Part shown: positions 29,732 through 39,467 of the stretch, in pieces
How positions within the stretch are numbered: position 1 is the first letter of the stretch
How the letters are laid out: the number at the start of each line of letters is the position of its first letter
NCBI GenBank assembly: GCA_038870635.1
Contig: JAVZJR010000004.1
Span: forward strand, 32,001-96,000
Length of the DNA stretch: 64,000 nt
Direction of reading: 5' to 3'
From: Candidatus Bilamarchaeaceae archaeon
GTDB lineage: Archaea > Micrarchaeota > Micrarchaeia > Anstonellales > Bilamarchaeaceae
The notes under the pieces: generated by a model
The model's database searches: none
Told to the model about the DNA's origin: nothing
Seen by the model: only the letters and a program-made list of their open reading frames with translations
Translations under genes and position numbers: made by a program

Positions 29732-31483
29732 ATGGGTGGGAAAATGAAAAAGCTTATTTTATTTGCTTTCATAGTAGGTATCGCTTTTTTAGTGCTTGGT
29801 TGCTTGCAACAAGACGGTGAAAAGCAAACACAAAATCAAAATAGTGTTCAAGCACCAAAAGTTGTTGTGTTCTATGACCCTGCTAATGATGGGTTGGAGA
29901 AATTAATAATGGAGAAAACAAAAAATCATTTGCCATCAGTTGCTTTTGATTTTAAGTGCGTTGATTTTACAAAGATTATGTACGGCCAAGCAAGCCAATC
30001 AGAGCAAAAATGTCTTATGGAAGATCAATCCTATCAACAGAATATGGATCTTTTTAACAACCTTCTCCAAAAAAACATGACTGCTGTTATTTATGTAAAT
30101 AAAGACGGAAATTATCTTCCAGTTCAAGTAGCAATCCATCCCCTAACTCTCGCAAAGAATATCTGTTCTTCTTATAACTATACTGAGTGTATCTATTTAC
30201 CTCAAAATAAGCAATTAAAAGTTAAGGTTTATGCAAAAAATGCGAACGACATCCAATTTTATTCTCAATTGTTCTCAGTTCTTTCAAATTCTGGTCTTAA
30301 TCTAGACCAAGAGCTCAAAATAGCTGATGAAGATGGCGTGCAATCATTGAAAAAGTCTACTAATGCAAAATTCCTTCCAATAATGTTAATCGAAAATGGA
30401 GCAGAAGACGATAATTTTGTGTTGGATATGTACACTGATTATATAATGCAAAGTTCGTCACTTTTTGAAGCCAAAAAAATAGATGATGGCTATGTTTTCT
30501 ATCCCAGGGGAGGCACGGCAGAGTACTATATCGGGGATGAACCTCTTATTGGAGCAAGTGCTTATGTTCCACAAGGAGAAACAAGTACGTATATAGGTAT
30601 TTTCGATGGTTTAAGTTTTGTAGGTGTTTACTTGAATACAACTTACAAAGAGCTCAACAAAAGTGCAGCAAATGATTTAGGTAAAAAAACAAATATTTCT
30701 TATTTACCAATCTTAGTAATAGAATCCGATAACTTAACTGATAACCAGAAAAAAGTACTTGAGAGTCTTATAGCACAGCCATTACAGATACAAAGTGGTT
30801 TGGTTCTGTATGTTAAGCAAATTGATGGTGTTTATTATGCATATACTTCTCTTTCCTCGCCAGAGCTCTACATAGGAAAGAAGTTAGAGAAAGTTACACT
30901 TGATCTTTATGTCATGTCGCACTGTCCTTTTGGCATACAAATGCAAAAAGCTTTTGTACCGGTAGTTGAGGCTTTTAAGGACAGCGGTCGTTTACAAGTT
31001 AATAATAAGTTTGTTTATTACACCATGCACGGTGATGAGGAAACAAATGACAATTTATATGAATATTGTGTAGGCGCAAAGGTGCCTGCAAAAGAATGGG
31101 ATTTCATAAAATGTTTTATAGAGAATAATGGCGACGAAAACAAATGTATGCAGAATCTTGGTATAGATAAAAACTTAATAGATCAGTGCGTTAGCGAATC
31201 AAAAGCAAAGTATAAAATAAGCGGTACTTCGTTCCCCATTTATGCAGAAGAAAACCAAAAGTACGGAGTGCAAGGTTCACCTACAGTTGTTTTTATGGGA
31301 AAGCAAGTGCAGTTGAATAGAAGTCCAGAGGCTATAAAAGAGTTTGTTTGCAGTATGCTTGAGGAACCATTGCCAGCAGCATGCAGCGCAAATTTAAGTA
31401 ATAATATTGTAGCTTATGGTTTTGGTCCTATAGATAGTACTTCCTCGCCCTCTTCTGCTGGATCGGTAGGAAGTTGTGGTTAA
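29732..31483 (+). CDS. Lipoprotein with C-terminal DsbA/thioredoxin-like domain
   Basis: Lipobox LVLGC; YVMSHCPFG, MHG and GVQGSPT motifs. Confidence 0.8.
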   Translation: MGGKMKKLILFAFIVGIAFLVLGCLQQDGEKQTQNQNSVQAPKVVVFYDPANDGLEKLIMEKTKNHLPSVAFDFKCVDFTKIMYGQASQSEQKCLMEDQSYQQNMDLFNNLLQKNMTAVIYVNKDGNYLPVQVAIHPLTLAKNICSSYNYTECIYLPQNKQLKVKVYAKNANDIQFYSQLFSVLSNSGLNLDQELKIADEDGVQSLKKSTNAKFLPIMLIENGAEDDNFVLDMYTDYIMQSSSLFEAKKIDDGYVFYPRGGTAEYYIGDEPLIGASAYVPQGETSTYIGIFDGLSFVGVYLNTTYKELNKSAANDLGKKTNISYLPILVIESDNLTDNQKKVLESLIAQPLQIQSGLVLYVKQIDGVYYAYTSLSSPELYIGKKLEKVTLDLYVMSHCPFGIQMQKAFVPVVEAFKDSGRLQVNNKFVYYTMHGDEETNDNLYEYCVGAKVPAKEWDFIKCFIENNGDENKCMQNLGIDKNLIDQCVSESKAKYKISGTSFPIYAEENQKYGVQGSPTVVFMGKQVQLNRSPEAIKEFVCSMLEEPLPAACSANLSNNIVAYGFGPIDSTSSPSSAGSVGSCG

Positions 31484-31492
31484 TCTATATTT

Positions 31493-31822
31493 TTATCTTT
31501 CTTTTTGGATTTTTGTAATACGTATCCATTCATTGATTAATTCGTTCGCATTTCCTATCGAAATAACCATCAATTCTTCGCTTTCTAAACCTTTGTTTAA
31601 TATTTCAGCAATTGTTGTTCCCAGCGCTGCATTATTTTCCTCTTTGCATCTATCCAAAAAGTAATCGAAGGCCGGTGCATATTTGTTGAATCTTTTTTTA
31701 CTCTTGTCAATAACTTCAACTAATTTTTTTTCATATTTTCCTTGAAGTTTATGGTCACACGTTTTGAATATTGCAACCCATGTTTGTATTGTTTCATATG
31801 GTATTTTTCCTTTTGCCATCAT
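31493..31822 (-). CDS. Hypothetical protein
   Basis: 109-aa ORF with GAGGT SD. Confidence 0.65.
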   Translation of the reverse strand: MMAKGKIPYETIQTWVAIFKTCDHKLQGKYEKKLVEVIDKSKKRFNKYAPAFDYFLDRCKEENNAALGTTIAEILNKGLESEELMVISIGNANELINEWIRITKIQKER

Positions 31823-31848
31823 ATTAATTTACCTCTTATCTTATTTAA

Positions 31849-33756
31849 TTATAAGCTAATATAATTATAAATAAACGCAATGGCGTTGCGTACCCATGGT
31901 GGTAAATCTTCTTTTTGGAGATGCCATTTGGCCAAAGTTTTATTAATATCTTCGATTAGTGAAACAACCATCTTCGCGGTTTTGTTATCTAGGCCCATTT
32001 TTTCGAGCATATAATTTGTTACCTTATCTTCAATTTCTTTTGGAGTGCCAAAAAAGATTTTACATTTAATACTCGTATTGCCTATTTTTATATCGACTTG
32101 AGTGCCCACTCGTTTTGCTATATCTTTCGCATTAGGTTCTTTTATCACGTAACTTAGCCCACCGTTTTGCAATATTTTATTTGCTTCCTCTCGTGTTATT
32201 CTACCTTTTTTAACTAATTCATTAATAACTGTTGCAGTTAAATAATCTGTATTAGTATGGCCAAGTTGATTAATAGTGGTGGGGCCAATCGCATTTAAGG
32301 ATGGTTGATAAACACCTTTGCTATTTTGTAGTGTCATTTCACTGAAAGCATTCAATATTCTCTGATCTTCGAACTCTAAAACCACCTTCATTCCATAATG
32401 ATATTCTTGGCCGGGTATTGCTTTTTCTAATTTAATGGTTGAGGGCGTTTCTTTTAAATTTTTTACAAACTCGATAATCTTATTTTTATTTTTTGGTGAA
32501 AGATTTTTTATTGAATTATGCAACTCAACATCGTTAATCAATTCTTCAATATTAAATAATTTTTCTTCTTTACCAATAGTATAATATATCTTTCCATTTT
32601 TTGCAAATACTGTAGCTTCTAGTATGGATGCTTTACTACATATTTTTTTTATATCGTAAATGTCAGTAAGATTATATTTTTTGAATATCTCATTAGCGGA
32701 TTCTTCTAACGCTTTATTAATTTCTTGTTTAAGGTTGCTACTACCCAGTATTGCAATTTCATCCCCTATTTGTGTTACTCTTACAACATAGCCTTTATCA
32801 GAAAGTTTTTTCATCGCATTGAAATATACTTCAAGTCCAAGGTCGCCTAATTTTCTATCAACGTTGTTTAAAAGCCAGACCATGCTTTTATCGATTATAA
32901 AAATTTTTGTGTTTTTAGTGGCAAGCATTTCAATAACATCTTTGTTAAGGTTTACCAATTCTTCAAAGTTTTTATTAATTTTAGATAGCATTTCAAATAT
33001 ACTTTCATCTTTGTAGACTATGCTATTTCGAATTTCTGTAAGATTAGCTCTAACATTTTTGGGTATTTTTTGAACAAATTCGTCTATTTCATTAATTATA
33101 GTAGAGGTTATCTTTTTATTTAAAAGTTTTTGTATCGCGTAATTTGAAAGTGTTTTTTTTAGCCATTTAAAGGCAGGGATCGTGGCACCTAAAATTGCAA
33201 TTGAGCCTATAATATAAAGGTTTAATTTATTTTCTGCCATCTCCCATTCCAGCCAGGCATTCATCAATGATGTTGGTAATCCAACGAGGGGAAGCGACTC
33301 TGTAATATTCTTTATTGTTTCTCTCGATATTATTTGTTCTTTTTTATAACCCAAATAATCATACACTAACTCTTTTGCTTGCTCAATAAATTCTAATGGC
33401 TTTGTTGTTGATTGAATTACAAAATTCTTTATTTCTTCTGCACTTTGCCCAGCGCTTTTTTCGTTTAATTCTTTTATTATTTTGTCTAATTGTTCTGAAG
33501 CAGTTTTGAGGTTTTCTTTGGCGCTAATGAGCTGTATTTTATTTCCTGGCTCTTTTTCTAATTCGTTGATTTTACTGTTATAGTAATTTATAGTATTTTT
33601 AAGAGAATATAAGTAATTTATTGCAAGTATATAGGTGTGTAATTTATTGATTGGCTGTGTATGGTTGTCGTTAGTTTTTTTAATTTGTTGTGGCTGAGGA
33701 GTTATTCCTTCTATACTTTTTATATTTTTTTCTATTTGACCCTTGTTGGTATTCAT
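31849..33756 (-). CDS. Hypothetical membrane-associated protein with degenerate GGDEF-like segments
   Basis: Coiled coil, hydrophobic hairpin, then IIDKS..LLNN....GDLGL...QIGDEIAIL. Confidence 0.55.
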   Translation of the reverse strand: MNTNKGQIEKNIKSIEGITPQPQQIKKTNDNHTQPINKLHTYILAINYLYSLKNTINYYNSKINELEKEPGNKIQLISAKENLKTASEQLDKIIKELNEKSAGQSAEEIKNFVIQSTTKPLEFIEQAKELVYDYLGYKKEQIISRETIKNITESLPLVGLPTSLMNAWLEWEMAENKLNLYIIGSIAILGATIPAFKWLKKTLSNYAIQKLLNKKITSTIINEIDEFVQKIPKNVRANLTEIRNSIVYKDESIFEMLSKINKNFEELVNLNKDVIEMLATKNTKIFIIDKSMVWLLNNVDRKLGDLGLEVYFNAMKKLSDKGYVVRVTQIGDEIAILGSSNLKQEINKALEESANEIFKKYNLTDIYDIKKICSKASILEATVFAKNGKIYYTIGKEEKLFNIEELINDVELHNSIKNLSPKNKNKIIEFVKNLKETPSTIKLEKAIPGQEYHYGMKVVLEFEDQRILNAFSEMTLQNSKGVYQPSLNAIGPTTINQLGHTNTDYLTATVINELVKKGRITREEANKILQNGGLSYVIKEPNAKDIAKRVGTQVDIKIGNTSIKCKIFFGTPKEIEDKVTNYMLEKMGLDNKTAKMVVSLIEDINKTLAKWHLQKEDLPPWVRNAIAFIYNYISL

Positions 33757-33818
33757 TTTTTCACATTCTTAAAATTTGTATAAATTCAATACTTCAATAT
33801 AAATTTTAAATTTTTGTT

Positions 33819-34121
33819 TTAGGAATTTTCCATTTCTTTTTCATTTCTTATTCCTATCTGAAAATTTAAAATATCCCCATCAATTTTCAAGGTAATTGAG
33901 TAGTTATTGTTATCTTTTTTCTTAACATTCCAACCAGTATAGGAACATTTTAATAGAAAGCTGCTTATATCTTTTTTAGAATTTTTACTTTCAGATAATA
34001 CTCTTTCAACGGCCATATACTGTTTGTAGATAAAAGGGTTCTTTGTTCTTAATTCGTTTAATGATTCCTCTTTCCTACTTTTTGTGCGAATCTTTCCTTT
34101 ATATTCCTCTACAACTATCAT
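33819..34121 (-). CDS. Hypothetical protein
   Basis: 100-aa ORF directly downstream of the kinase-like gene. Confidence 0.6.
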   Translation of the reverse strand: MIVVEEYKGKIRTKSRKEESLNELRTKNPFIYKQYMAVERVLSESKNSKKDISSFLLKCSYTGWNVKKKDNNNYSITLKIDGDILNFQIGIRNEKEMENS

Positions 34122-34123
34122 TT

Positions 34124-35293
34124 TTATCTCTCCTTGGATTTTTTTATTTTTTCTATTTCCTGTGCACCATAACCATCAATAAAATATTTTTCAAAATTAT
34201 TTTTGCATTTTTCAGTTAGTGTTGTTAATACTCTTTCTAAACCATCTACTCTATCGCTATAGGGGAGGGGCTCTTCTTTATCATTAAACCAAACATCTTC
34301 GAGACTTCCTATCATTATTTTTGCTTTTTCGTTTTCATCTTTATAAATTAGCATTTCAAGTGGAGAATCGTGACCTATCCCCTTTTCGTGCATTTTTCGC
34401 AAAATTACGCCGAGCTCATAAAATATGTCATTAAGAATTTCTTCTTCTAATTCTTTAATCATTTTTGATATCGTTTCACCCTTTTCACTTAATATAGTAA
34501 AGTTACTTTTTTTAGTGTGTAGAATACTCACTACTTCTTGTGTTGAAAAACCAGCTTCTTTTAGCTTTTCTATTTTATTTATAACAAATGGTTCCCACAG
34601 GAGAAGCCTCTTGATAGAGAACTTTTTTCCGTTTTCCTCCAAGTTGGCCAAGAATCTGAATGTCTCGTTTTCGATTCCAGTAGCGTAGCGTTGATAATTA
34701 TACGATGCGCGATAATTTATTATATTTTGTTTTTTTTCTATTATTTCTTTCATTTGTGCAATCTTTTCATTAGTTAGAGATCCTATACTTGGGGTTTTAT
34801 AAAACTCGTCTAAAAATTTTTCAGATGGGATGGTGTCAAGAAAATTTTTAAAAAATCTGTTATGCTCTCTTGCTAAATTTGAGTTTGGAAAAAAATTAAA
34901 ACAACATATCGGCTCAACAATTTCTTTAAATGCTATATTACCACCGTTGCTAATATATCGCGCCGTCATCTCCTCTTCATTAATTGTAGTAAAAGCTGAT
35001 AGTGCCTTTATCCACAATTTTGTTAAAATAAGATGATGGGCTGGGATAGTTATATTTTTTTCTTCAATTTTTATATAAACTTTACAATCGCTTCTAAAAA
35101 TTTTTCCGGCTGTACTTGCTACTTTTAATAATTCTTCTTCACCGACTTTTTTTTCTATATTGCATTTTTTTATTAAATCCTCAAAAATCTCTTTAAACTC
35201 ATTATAGTTTATTATTTTTTTTGGGTATTTAATAATGGGTTTTCTGTTAAAAAGTGCAATTGGGTTATCGTTTTTTTTGAATACACTCAACAC
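34124..35293 (-). CDS. Hypothetical protein with degenerate Bud32/RIO/Kdo kinase-like C-lobe
   Basis: LLLWEPF, LGVILRKMHEKGIGHD and IMIGSLED segments. Confidence 0.55.
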   Translation of the reverse strand: MLSVFKKNDNPIALFNRKPIIKYPKKIINYNEFKEIFEDLIKKCNIEKKVGEEELLKVASTAGKIFRSDCKVYIKIEEKNITIPAHHLILTKLWIKALSAFTTINEEEMTARYISNGGNIAFKEIVEPICCFNFFPNSNLAREHNRFFKNFLDTIPSEKFLDEFYKTPSIGSLTNEKIAQMKEIIEKKQNIINYRASYNYQRYATGIENETFRFLANLEENGKKFSIKRLLLWEPFVINKIEKLKEAGFSTQEVVSILHTKKSNFTILSEKGETISKMIKELEEEILNDIFYELGVILRKMHEKGIGHDSPLEMLIYKDENEKAKIMIGSLEDVWFNDKEEPLPYSDRVDGLERVLTTLTEKCKNNFEKYFIDGYGAQEIEKIKKSKER

Positions 35294-35377
35294 TATCCCT
35301 CCAAACCATTATTACTCCTTTTTATACACATTTTTGGTGGTATCGTTTATAAATGTTTCTGTTCAAATAAAAAACTC

Positions 35378-35519
35378 GCCGCATCTATTGATGAGCGAGC
35401 GGTGATTGACGAACACCCCGCTACATTAGCGGAATTCGTCTTGAGCTCATAAATTGCTCCCTCACTCCTTTAATGGAGCAATTTATCCAAACGGCAAGGG
35501 CTTAAAGCAACGATGCGGT
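35378..35519 (+). ncRNA. Structured K-turn-containing 5' leader of the rps17 operon
   Basis: Several perfect stems; TTTATAAA box about 25 nt upstream; ends 1 nt before the AGGTGA SD of rps17. Confidence 0.7.
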
Positions 35520-35531
35520 TAGGTGAATTTA

Positions 35532-35837
35532 ATGGCAGACATGTGCGATGATAAAAAATGCTTTCAACACGGCACGGTTCGTGTTAGAGGGGGCGTTCTA
35601 CAGGGAATAGTTGTTAGTACTAAAGGAAAGCGAACTGCAATAATAGAGCAGCGAAGAGCTAAAAAAATACCTAAATATGAAAGATGGGCTAAAGTTCGTT
35701 CAAGAGTACCAGCTCATAACCCCCCATGCATAAATGCACAGGTTGGTGATATTGTTGAAATAGGAGAAACAAGGAGATTGAGTAAAACTAAGGCTTGGAC
35801 CATAACTAAAATCTTAAAAAAAGGTGAGGCAAGATGA
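35532..35837 (+). CDS. rps17: 30S ribosomal protein uS17
   Basis: CDDKKCFQHG..VRG, PKYER, AHNPPC and ETRRLSKTK motifs. Confidence 0.96.
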   Translation: MADMCDDKKCFQHGTVRVRGGVLQGIVVSTKGKRTAIIEQRRAKKIPKYERWAKVRSRVPAHNPPCINAQVGDIVEIGETRRLSKTKAWTITKILKKGEAR

Positions 35838-36232
35838 AAGGTTTATCAAGTAATGTTGTAAAAACATTAATTCCTGGTGCATTGTTGGTTTGTGCTGATA
35901 ATAGCGGCGCAAAGATTATATCTATAATAAATGTTTTGGGAAGAAGAGGAAAGCATGCGCGCTGCCCTGCAGCCGGAATTGGTGATATTGTAGTAGCGTC
36001 TGTTAAAAAAGGAAAGCCAGATATGATAAAAAAAGTAGTAAAGGCCCTTGTAGTCAGACAAAAAAAAGAATACCGCAGGCCAAATGGTATGCGAATCTGC
36101 TTTGAAGATAATGCAGCTGTCTTGATTAATGATTCTCTTCTCCCTGTTGGTACAGAAATAAAAGGTGTTGTCGCCAAAGAGATCGCCGAGCGCTATCCAA
36201 AAGTTGCAGCCGTAGCAGCAGGTGTTGTTTGA
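35834..36232 (+). CDS. rpl14: 50S ribosomal protein uL14
   Basis: CADNSGAK and FEDNAAV motifs. Confidence 0.97.
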   Translation: MKGLSSNVVKTLIPGALLVCADNSGAKIISIINVLGRRGKHARCPAAGIGDIVVASVKKGKPDMIKKVVKALVVRQKKEYRRPNGMRICFEDNAAVLINDSLLPVGTEIKGVVAKEIAERYPKVAAVAAGVV

Positions 36233-36241
36233 GGTGGAAAC

Positions 36242-36697
36242 ATGAAACCAGACACTGAAAGAAAAAAATATGTATTCGCAAAAATTCATAAAAAGAAAAA
36301 AAATATGCATGTTCATCTTTCAAAAGAACTTAGAAAAAATATGAAAATAAAAAGAAGAGCGATTGGTATCAGAAAAGGTGATCGTGTTAAAATAATGCGT
36401 GGTAAATACAAAGGTAGTGAAGGTACAGTTTCAAAGGTTAGTGTTGTAGATCGCGTTGTTTTTCTTGAAGGTTTTACTAGAAAAAATAGTCGTGGTAAGG
36501 AGATACCAATTAAATTTCAGCCATCTAATCTTATGTTAATTAGTTTAACAGAGACAAAAGAACGTTCTAAGATTTTTGGTAGTGAAGCATTCCAGCAACC
36601 TAAACAAACCAAAAAAACAAAATATGAAGAAAATGTTGAAAAGGCTTCTGCAGAGCCAAATTTAGAGGTAGTAAAAGAAGTTGAATCGAAAGGGTGA
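36242..36697 (+). CDS. rpl24: 50S ribosomal protein uL24
   Basis: HLSKELR, IRKGDRVKIMRG KOW motif, PSNLM. Confidence 0.96.
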   Translation: MKPDTERKKYVFAKIHKKKKNMHVHLSKELRKNMKIKRRAIGIRKGDRVKIMRGKYKGSEGTVSKVSVVDRVVFLEGFTRKNSRGKEIPIKFQPSNLMLISLTETKERSKIFGSEAFQQPKQTKKTKYEENVEKASAEPNLEVVKEVESKG

Positions 36698-36702
36698 AAA
36701 AT

Positions 36703-37416
36703 ATGGGAAAGAGAGGTGGAACTCATCATATAAAAAGACTGGCTGCTCCAAAAGCCCTCTACTTATTAAATAAAAAGAAATACAAATGGGTTGTAAAACC
36801 AATGGCTGGCCCACATAATAAAGAGAGCAGCGTTCCTTTAGGTGTTCTTCTTCGTGATTTATTAAATATAACAAAAACCATGAGAGAGGTAAAAAAGATA
36901 CTAAATAAGAGTTTTATTAAAGTTGATAACGTCATCAGAAAAAATGAAAAATTTCCAGTCGGTTTGCTGGATGTTGTTTCTCTTGTTCCAGCAAATAAAC
37001 ACTATCGCATTCTTGTTGATTCTAAAGGTCGTTTAAAACCCGTTGAGATAAACAAAGATACTAACTTAAAAGTTGCAAAAGTAATAAACAAAACTATTAT
37101 TAAAAATGGAAAAATGCTTTTTACTTTGCACGATGGCAAGAATATTCTTGGTGATAATCATATTTCTATAGGAGATAGTTTGGTTTTAGAGCTTCCATCT
37201 AATACAAAGGAAAAAATTAAGTTAGTGCAGCACTTGAAGTTAGAGCCAGGGACTCGTTGTTACATAAGTAAAGGAAAACATGCGGGAAAAATTGTTACTT
37301 TTAAAGAATTAATAAAAAGAGCAAGTGGTAAAGAGGAGGCTTTAGTTAGTGATGGAAAATCAGATTTTATCACTGTGTCTAATTATGTTGTGGCTGTTGG
37401 TGATTATCTATTCTGA
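36703..37416 (+). CDS. rps4e: 30S ribosomal protein eS4
   Basis: HIKRLAAP, AGPH, FPVGLLDV and LHDGKN motifs. Confidence 0.96.
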   Translation: MGKRGGTHHIKRLAAPKALYLLNKKKYKWVVKPMAGPHNKESSVPLGVLLRDLLNITKTMREVKKILNKSFIKVDNVIRKNEKFPVGLLDVVSLVPANKHYRILVDSKGRLKPVEINKDTNLKVAKVINKTIIKNGKMLFTLHDGKNILGDNHISIGDSLVLELPSNTKEKIKLVQHLKLEPGTRCYISKGKHAGKIVTFKELIKRASGKEEALVSDGKSDFITVSNYVVAVGDYLF

Positions 37417-37425
37417 GGTGAAGGT

Positions 37426-37935
37426 ATGATTAATCCAATGAGAGAAATACTTATAGAAAAAGTGACTGTCAATATAGGTGTTGGTTCTCCTGGTGAAAGA
37501 CTAGATAACGCCAAAGAGCTTTTGAAAAGACTTACAGGAATGACTCCAGTTGAGACGCTGGCACGAAGACGTGAACCTGCTTTTAAAATAAGGCGAGGGA
37601 TGCCAATCGGTATAAAAGTAACTTTAAGAGGTAAAAGTGCACAAGATTTTTTAGAAAAAGCATTATCCGCAAAGAAAAAAATATTAAGAGAAAAATCATT
37701 TAACGATGGTGGTAATTTTTCTTTCGGTATTGCAGAATATATCGATTTTCCTGGTGCAAAATACGACCCCGCTATAGGTATGTATGGTTTTGATGTTTGT
37801 GTTACATTGAAGAGAAGAGGCGCGCGTGTGGCTTATAGGAAACTGAAAAAATCGGTTATTGGGAAAAAACATCGCATAACAAAAGAAGAAGCAATAGATT
37901 TTGTTAAATCCAAATTTAATGTTAAAATTGAGTGA
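37426..37935 (+). CDS. rpl5: 50S ribosomal protein uL5
   Basis: NPMREI, KVTVNIGVG, GNFSFGI and YDPAIG motifs. Confidence 0.97.
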   Translation: MINPMREILIEKVTVNIGVGSPGERLDNAKELLKRLTGMTPVETLARRREPAFKIRRGMPIGIKVTLRGKSAQDFLEKALSAKKKILREKSFNDGGNFSFGIAEYIDFPGAKYDPAIGMYGFDVCVTLKRRGARVAYRKLKKSVIGKKHRITKEEAIDFVKSKFNVKIE

Positions 37936-37940
37936 TTTTT

Positions 37941-38132
37941 ATGAATACTAAGAAAAAAGAAAAAGATAAGAGAGTTTATGGAAACATCGATAGATATAAA
38001 GGAAAAGATAGAAGAATCTGTAGAAATTGTGGAAATGCTAGGGGATTAATAAGAAAGTATAATCTTTACATTTGTAGACGTTGCTTCCGTGAAATAGGAG
38101 AGCAACTTGGTTTTAGAAAATATGGTGGTTAA
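37941..38132 (+). CDS. rps14: 30S ribosomal protein uS14 (Zn type)
   Basis: CRNCG...IRKYNLYICRRCFRE. Confidence 0.96.
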   Translation: MNTKKKEKDKRVYGNIDRYKGKDRRICRNCGNARGLIRKYNLYICRRCFREIGEQLGFRKYGG

Positions 38133-38133
38133 T

Positions 38134-38517
38134 ATGGTTGATTATCTAGCAGATGCTTTAAATACTATAAAAACACACGAATATGTAGGACAAAAGAGAT
38201 GCACAATAAAAGCAAGTAAGTTGGTCGGTGAAGTGTTGCGTATACTAAAAGAGAGAAAATATCTTAAGGATTTTAAGTTTATTGATGATGGACGTGGCGG
38301 ATTGTTTGAAGTAGAGTTGGATGGTAGAATAAATAATTGCGGCGTTATAAAACCTCGTTTTCCAGTAAAAAAGAATGAATGGGCGAAAACAGAAGAACGT
38401 TATATTCCTGGCGTTGGAATCGGTTTGCTAATAGTTACAACACCGTTCGGTATAATGACTAATGAAGATGCTGAAAATAGAAAAATTGGCGGAAGACTTT
38501 TAGCTTATGTTTATTGA
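38134..38517 (+). CDS. rps8: 30S ribosomal protein uS8
   Basis: LADAL, INNCGVIKPRF and GGRLLAYVY motifs. Confidence 0.97.
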   Translation: MVDYLADALNTIKTHEYVGQKRCTIKASKLVGEVLRILKERKYLKDFKFIDDGRGGLFEVELDGRINNCGVIKPRFPVKKNEWAKTEERYIPGVGIGLLIVTTPFGIMTNEDAENRKIGGRLLAYVY

Positions 38518-38527
38518 GGTGAAGTAA

Positions 38528-39028
38528 ATGATAACTATCCCCAACGGCATTACATTTGAAATTAAAGATGACAAAATTACTGTAAAAGGTCCAAAAGGAA
38601 ACGTAACAAAGAAATTTCCTAAAACTTTAAAGGTTGAGAAAAACGGCAACTCTCTAAATATCATTAGTTTATCAAAAAAAGATGATGCCCTTGTAGGTAC
38701 TTATGACTCTATTTTAAAATCAATGATAGAAGGCGTCACAAATGGATATACAAAGAAGTTGAAGGCAATTTATGCTCATTTTCCTATTTCCTTCGAGGTA
38801 AAAGGTAGCAATATAATAATAAAAAATTTTTTAGGTGAAAAAAACCCTCGCTTATCTAAAATAGTAGGTGATGGTACTAAAGTTGAGGTTAAAGGGGCAC
38901 AATTGACAATTAGCGGTCCCGATAAAGAAGCAATTGGACAAACTATCGCTAACTTAAAAGCTGCACTTAAGATAAGAGAAAAAGACCCCCGTGTTTTTCA
39001 AGATGGTGTTTACGAGCTTGTTGAGTGA
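38528..39028 (+). CDS. rpl6: 50S ribosomal protein uL6
   Basis: VKGPKG, YAHFP, NFLGEK and DPRVFQDGVY motifs. Confidence 0.97.
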   Translation: MITIPNGITFEIKDDKITVKGPKGNVTKKFPKTLKVEKNGNSLNIISLSKKDDALVGTYDSILKSMIEGVTNGYTKKLKAIYAHFPISFEVKGSNIIIKNFLGEKNPRLSKIVGDGTKVEVKGAQLTISGPDKEAIGQTIANLKAALKIREKDPRVFQDGVYELVE

Positions 39029-39042
39029 TTAAGGTGAAAAAA

Positions 39043-39465
39043 ATGGTCGAAAAAAATAAAGATAAAAAAAATGCCTTAAAAAGACCAAAGAAAAAGAAAA
39101 AACCAACTTTTAACGTTCTCAATTATGGTTTTTTTAAAGCAGTAAAAGATAGGTGGAGGAAACCGCGAGGTACTGCAAATAAAAAAAGAAGAAAAAAGAA
39201 ATGGGCTGGCGCCTTACCTAAGATTGGCTACAAAAACCCGGCTAGTGTTGCTGGTCTAAGAGAAGATGGTCGCAAAGAGATTCTTATTCGTGGCTTGCCA
39301 GATTTAGAAATAATAAAAAATTCTACTCCTGAAGAACGAAGCAGAATATGCTTAAAGTTTTCTTCTTCTTTAAGCAAAAGAACAAGAGCAAAAATGGCAG
39401 AAATGATTAAGGAATATGGAATAGAAATTGTTAATTTTAAAAAAGATGATTCTAAAGGTGGATAA
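39043..39465 (+). CDS. rpl32e: 50S ribosomal protein eL32
   Basis: WRKPRG..NK and PKIGY motifs; operon position. Confidence 0.92.
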   Translation: MVEKNKDKKNALKRPKKKKKPTFNVLNYGFFKAVKDRWRKPRGTANKKRRKKKWAGALPKIGYKNPASVAGLREDGRKEILIRGLPDLEIIKNSTPEERSRICLKFSSSLSKRTRAKMAEMIKEYGIEIVNFKKDDSKGG

Positions 39466-39467
39466 TT

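Noticed and set aside
35378..35519. Structured RNA as RNase P RNA, SRP RNA or 5S rRNA
   Set aside because: GGGCTTA is reminiscent of the RNase P 3' motif, but no GAGGAA/P4 partner was found; SRP and 5S signature motifs are absent
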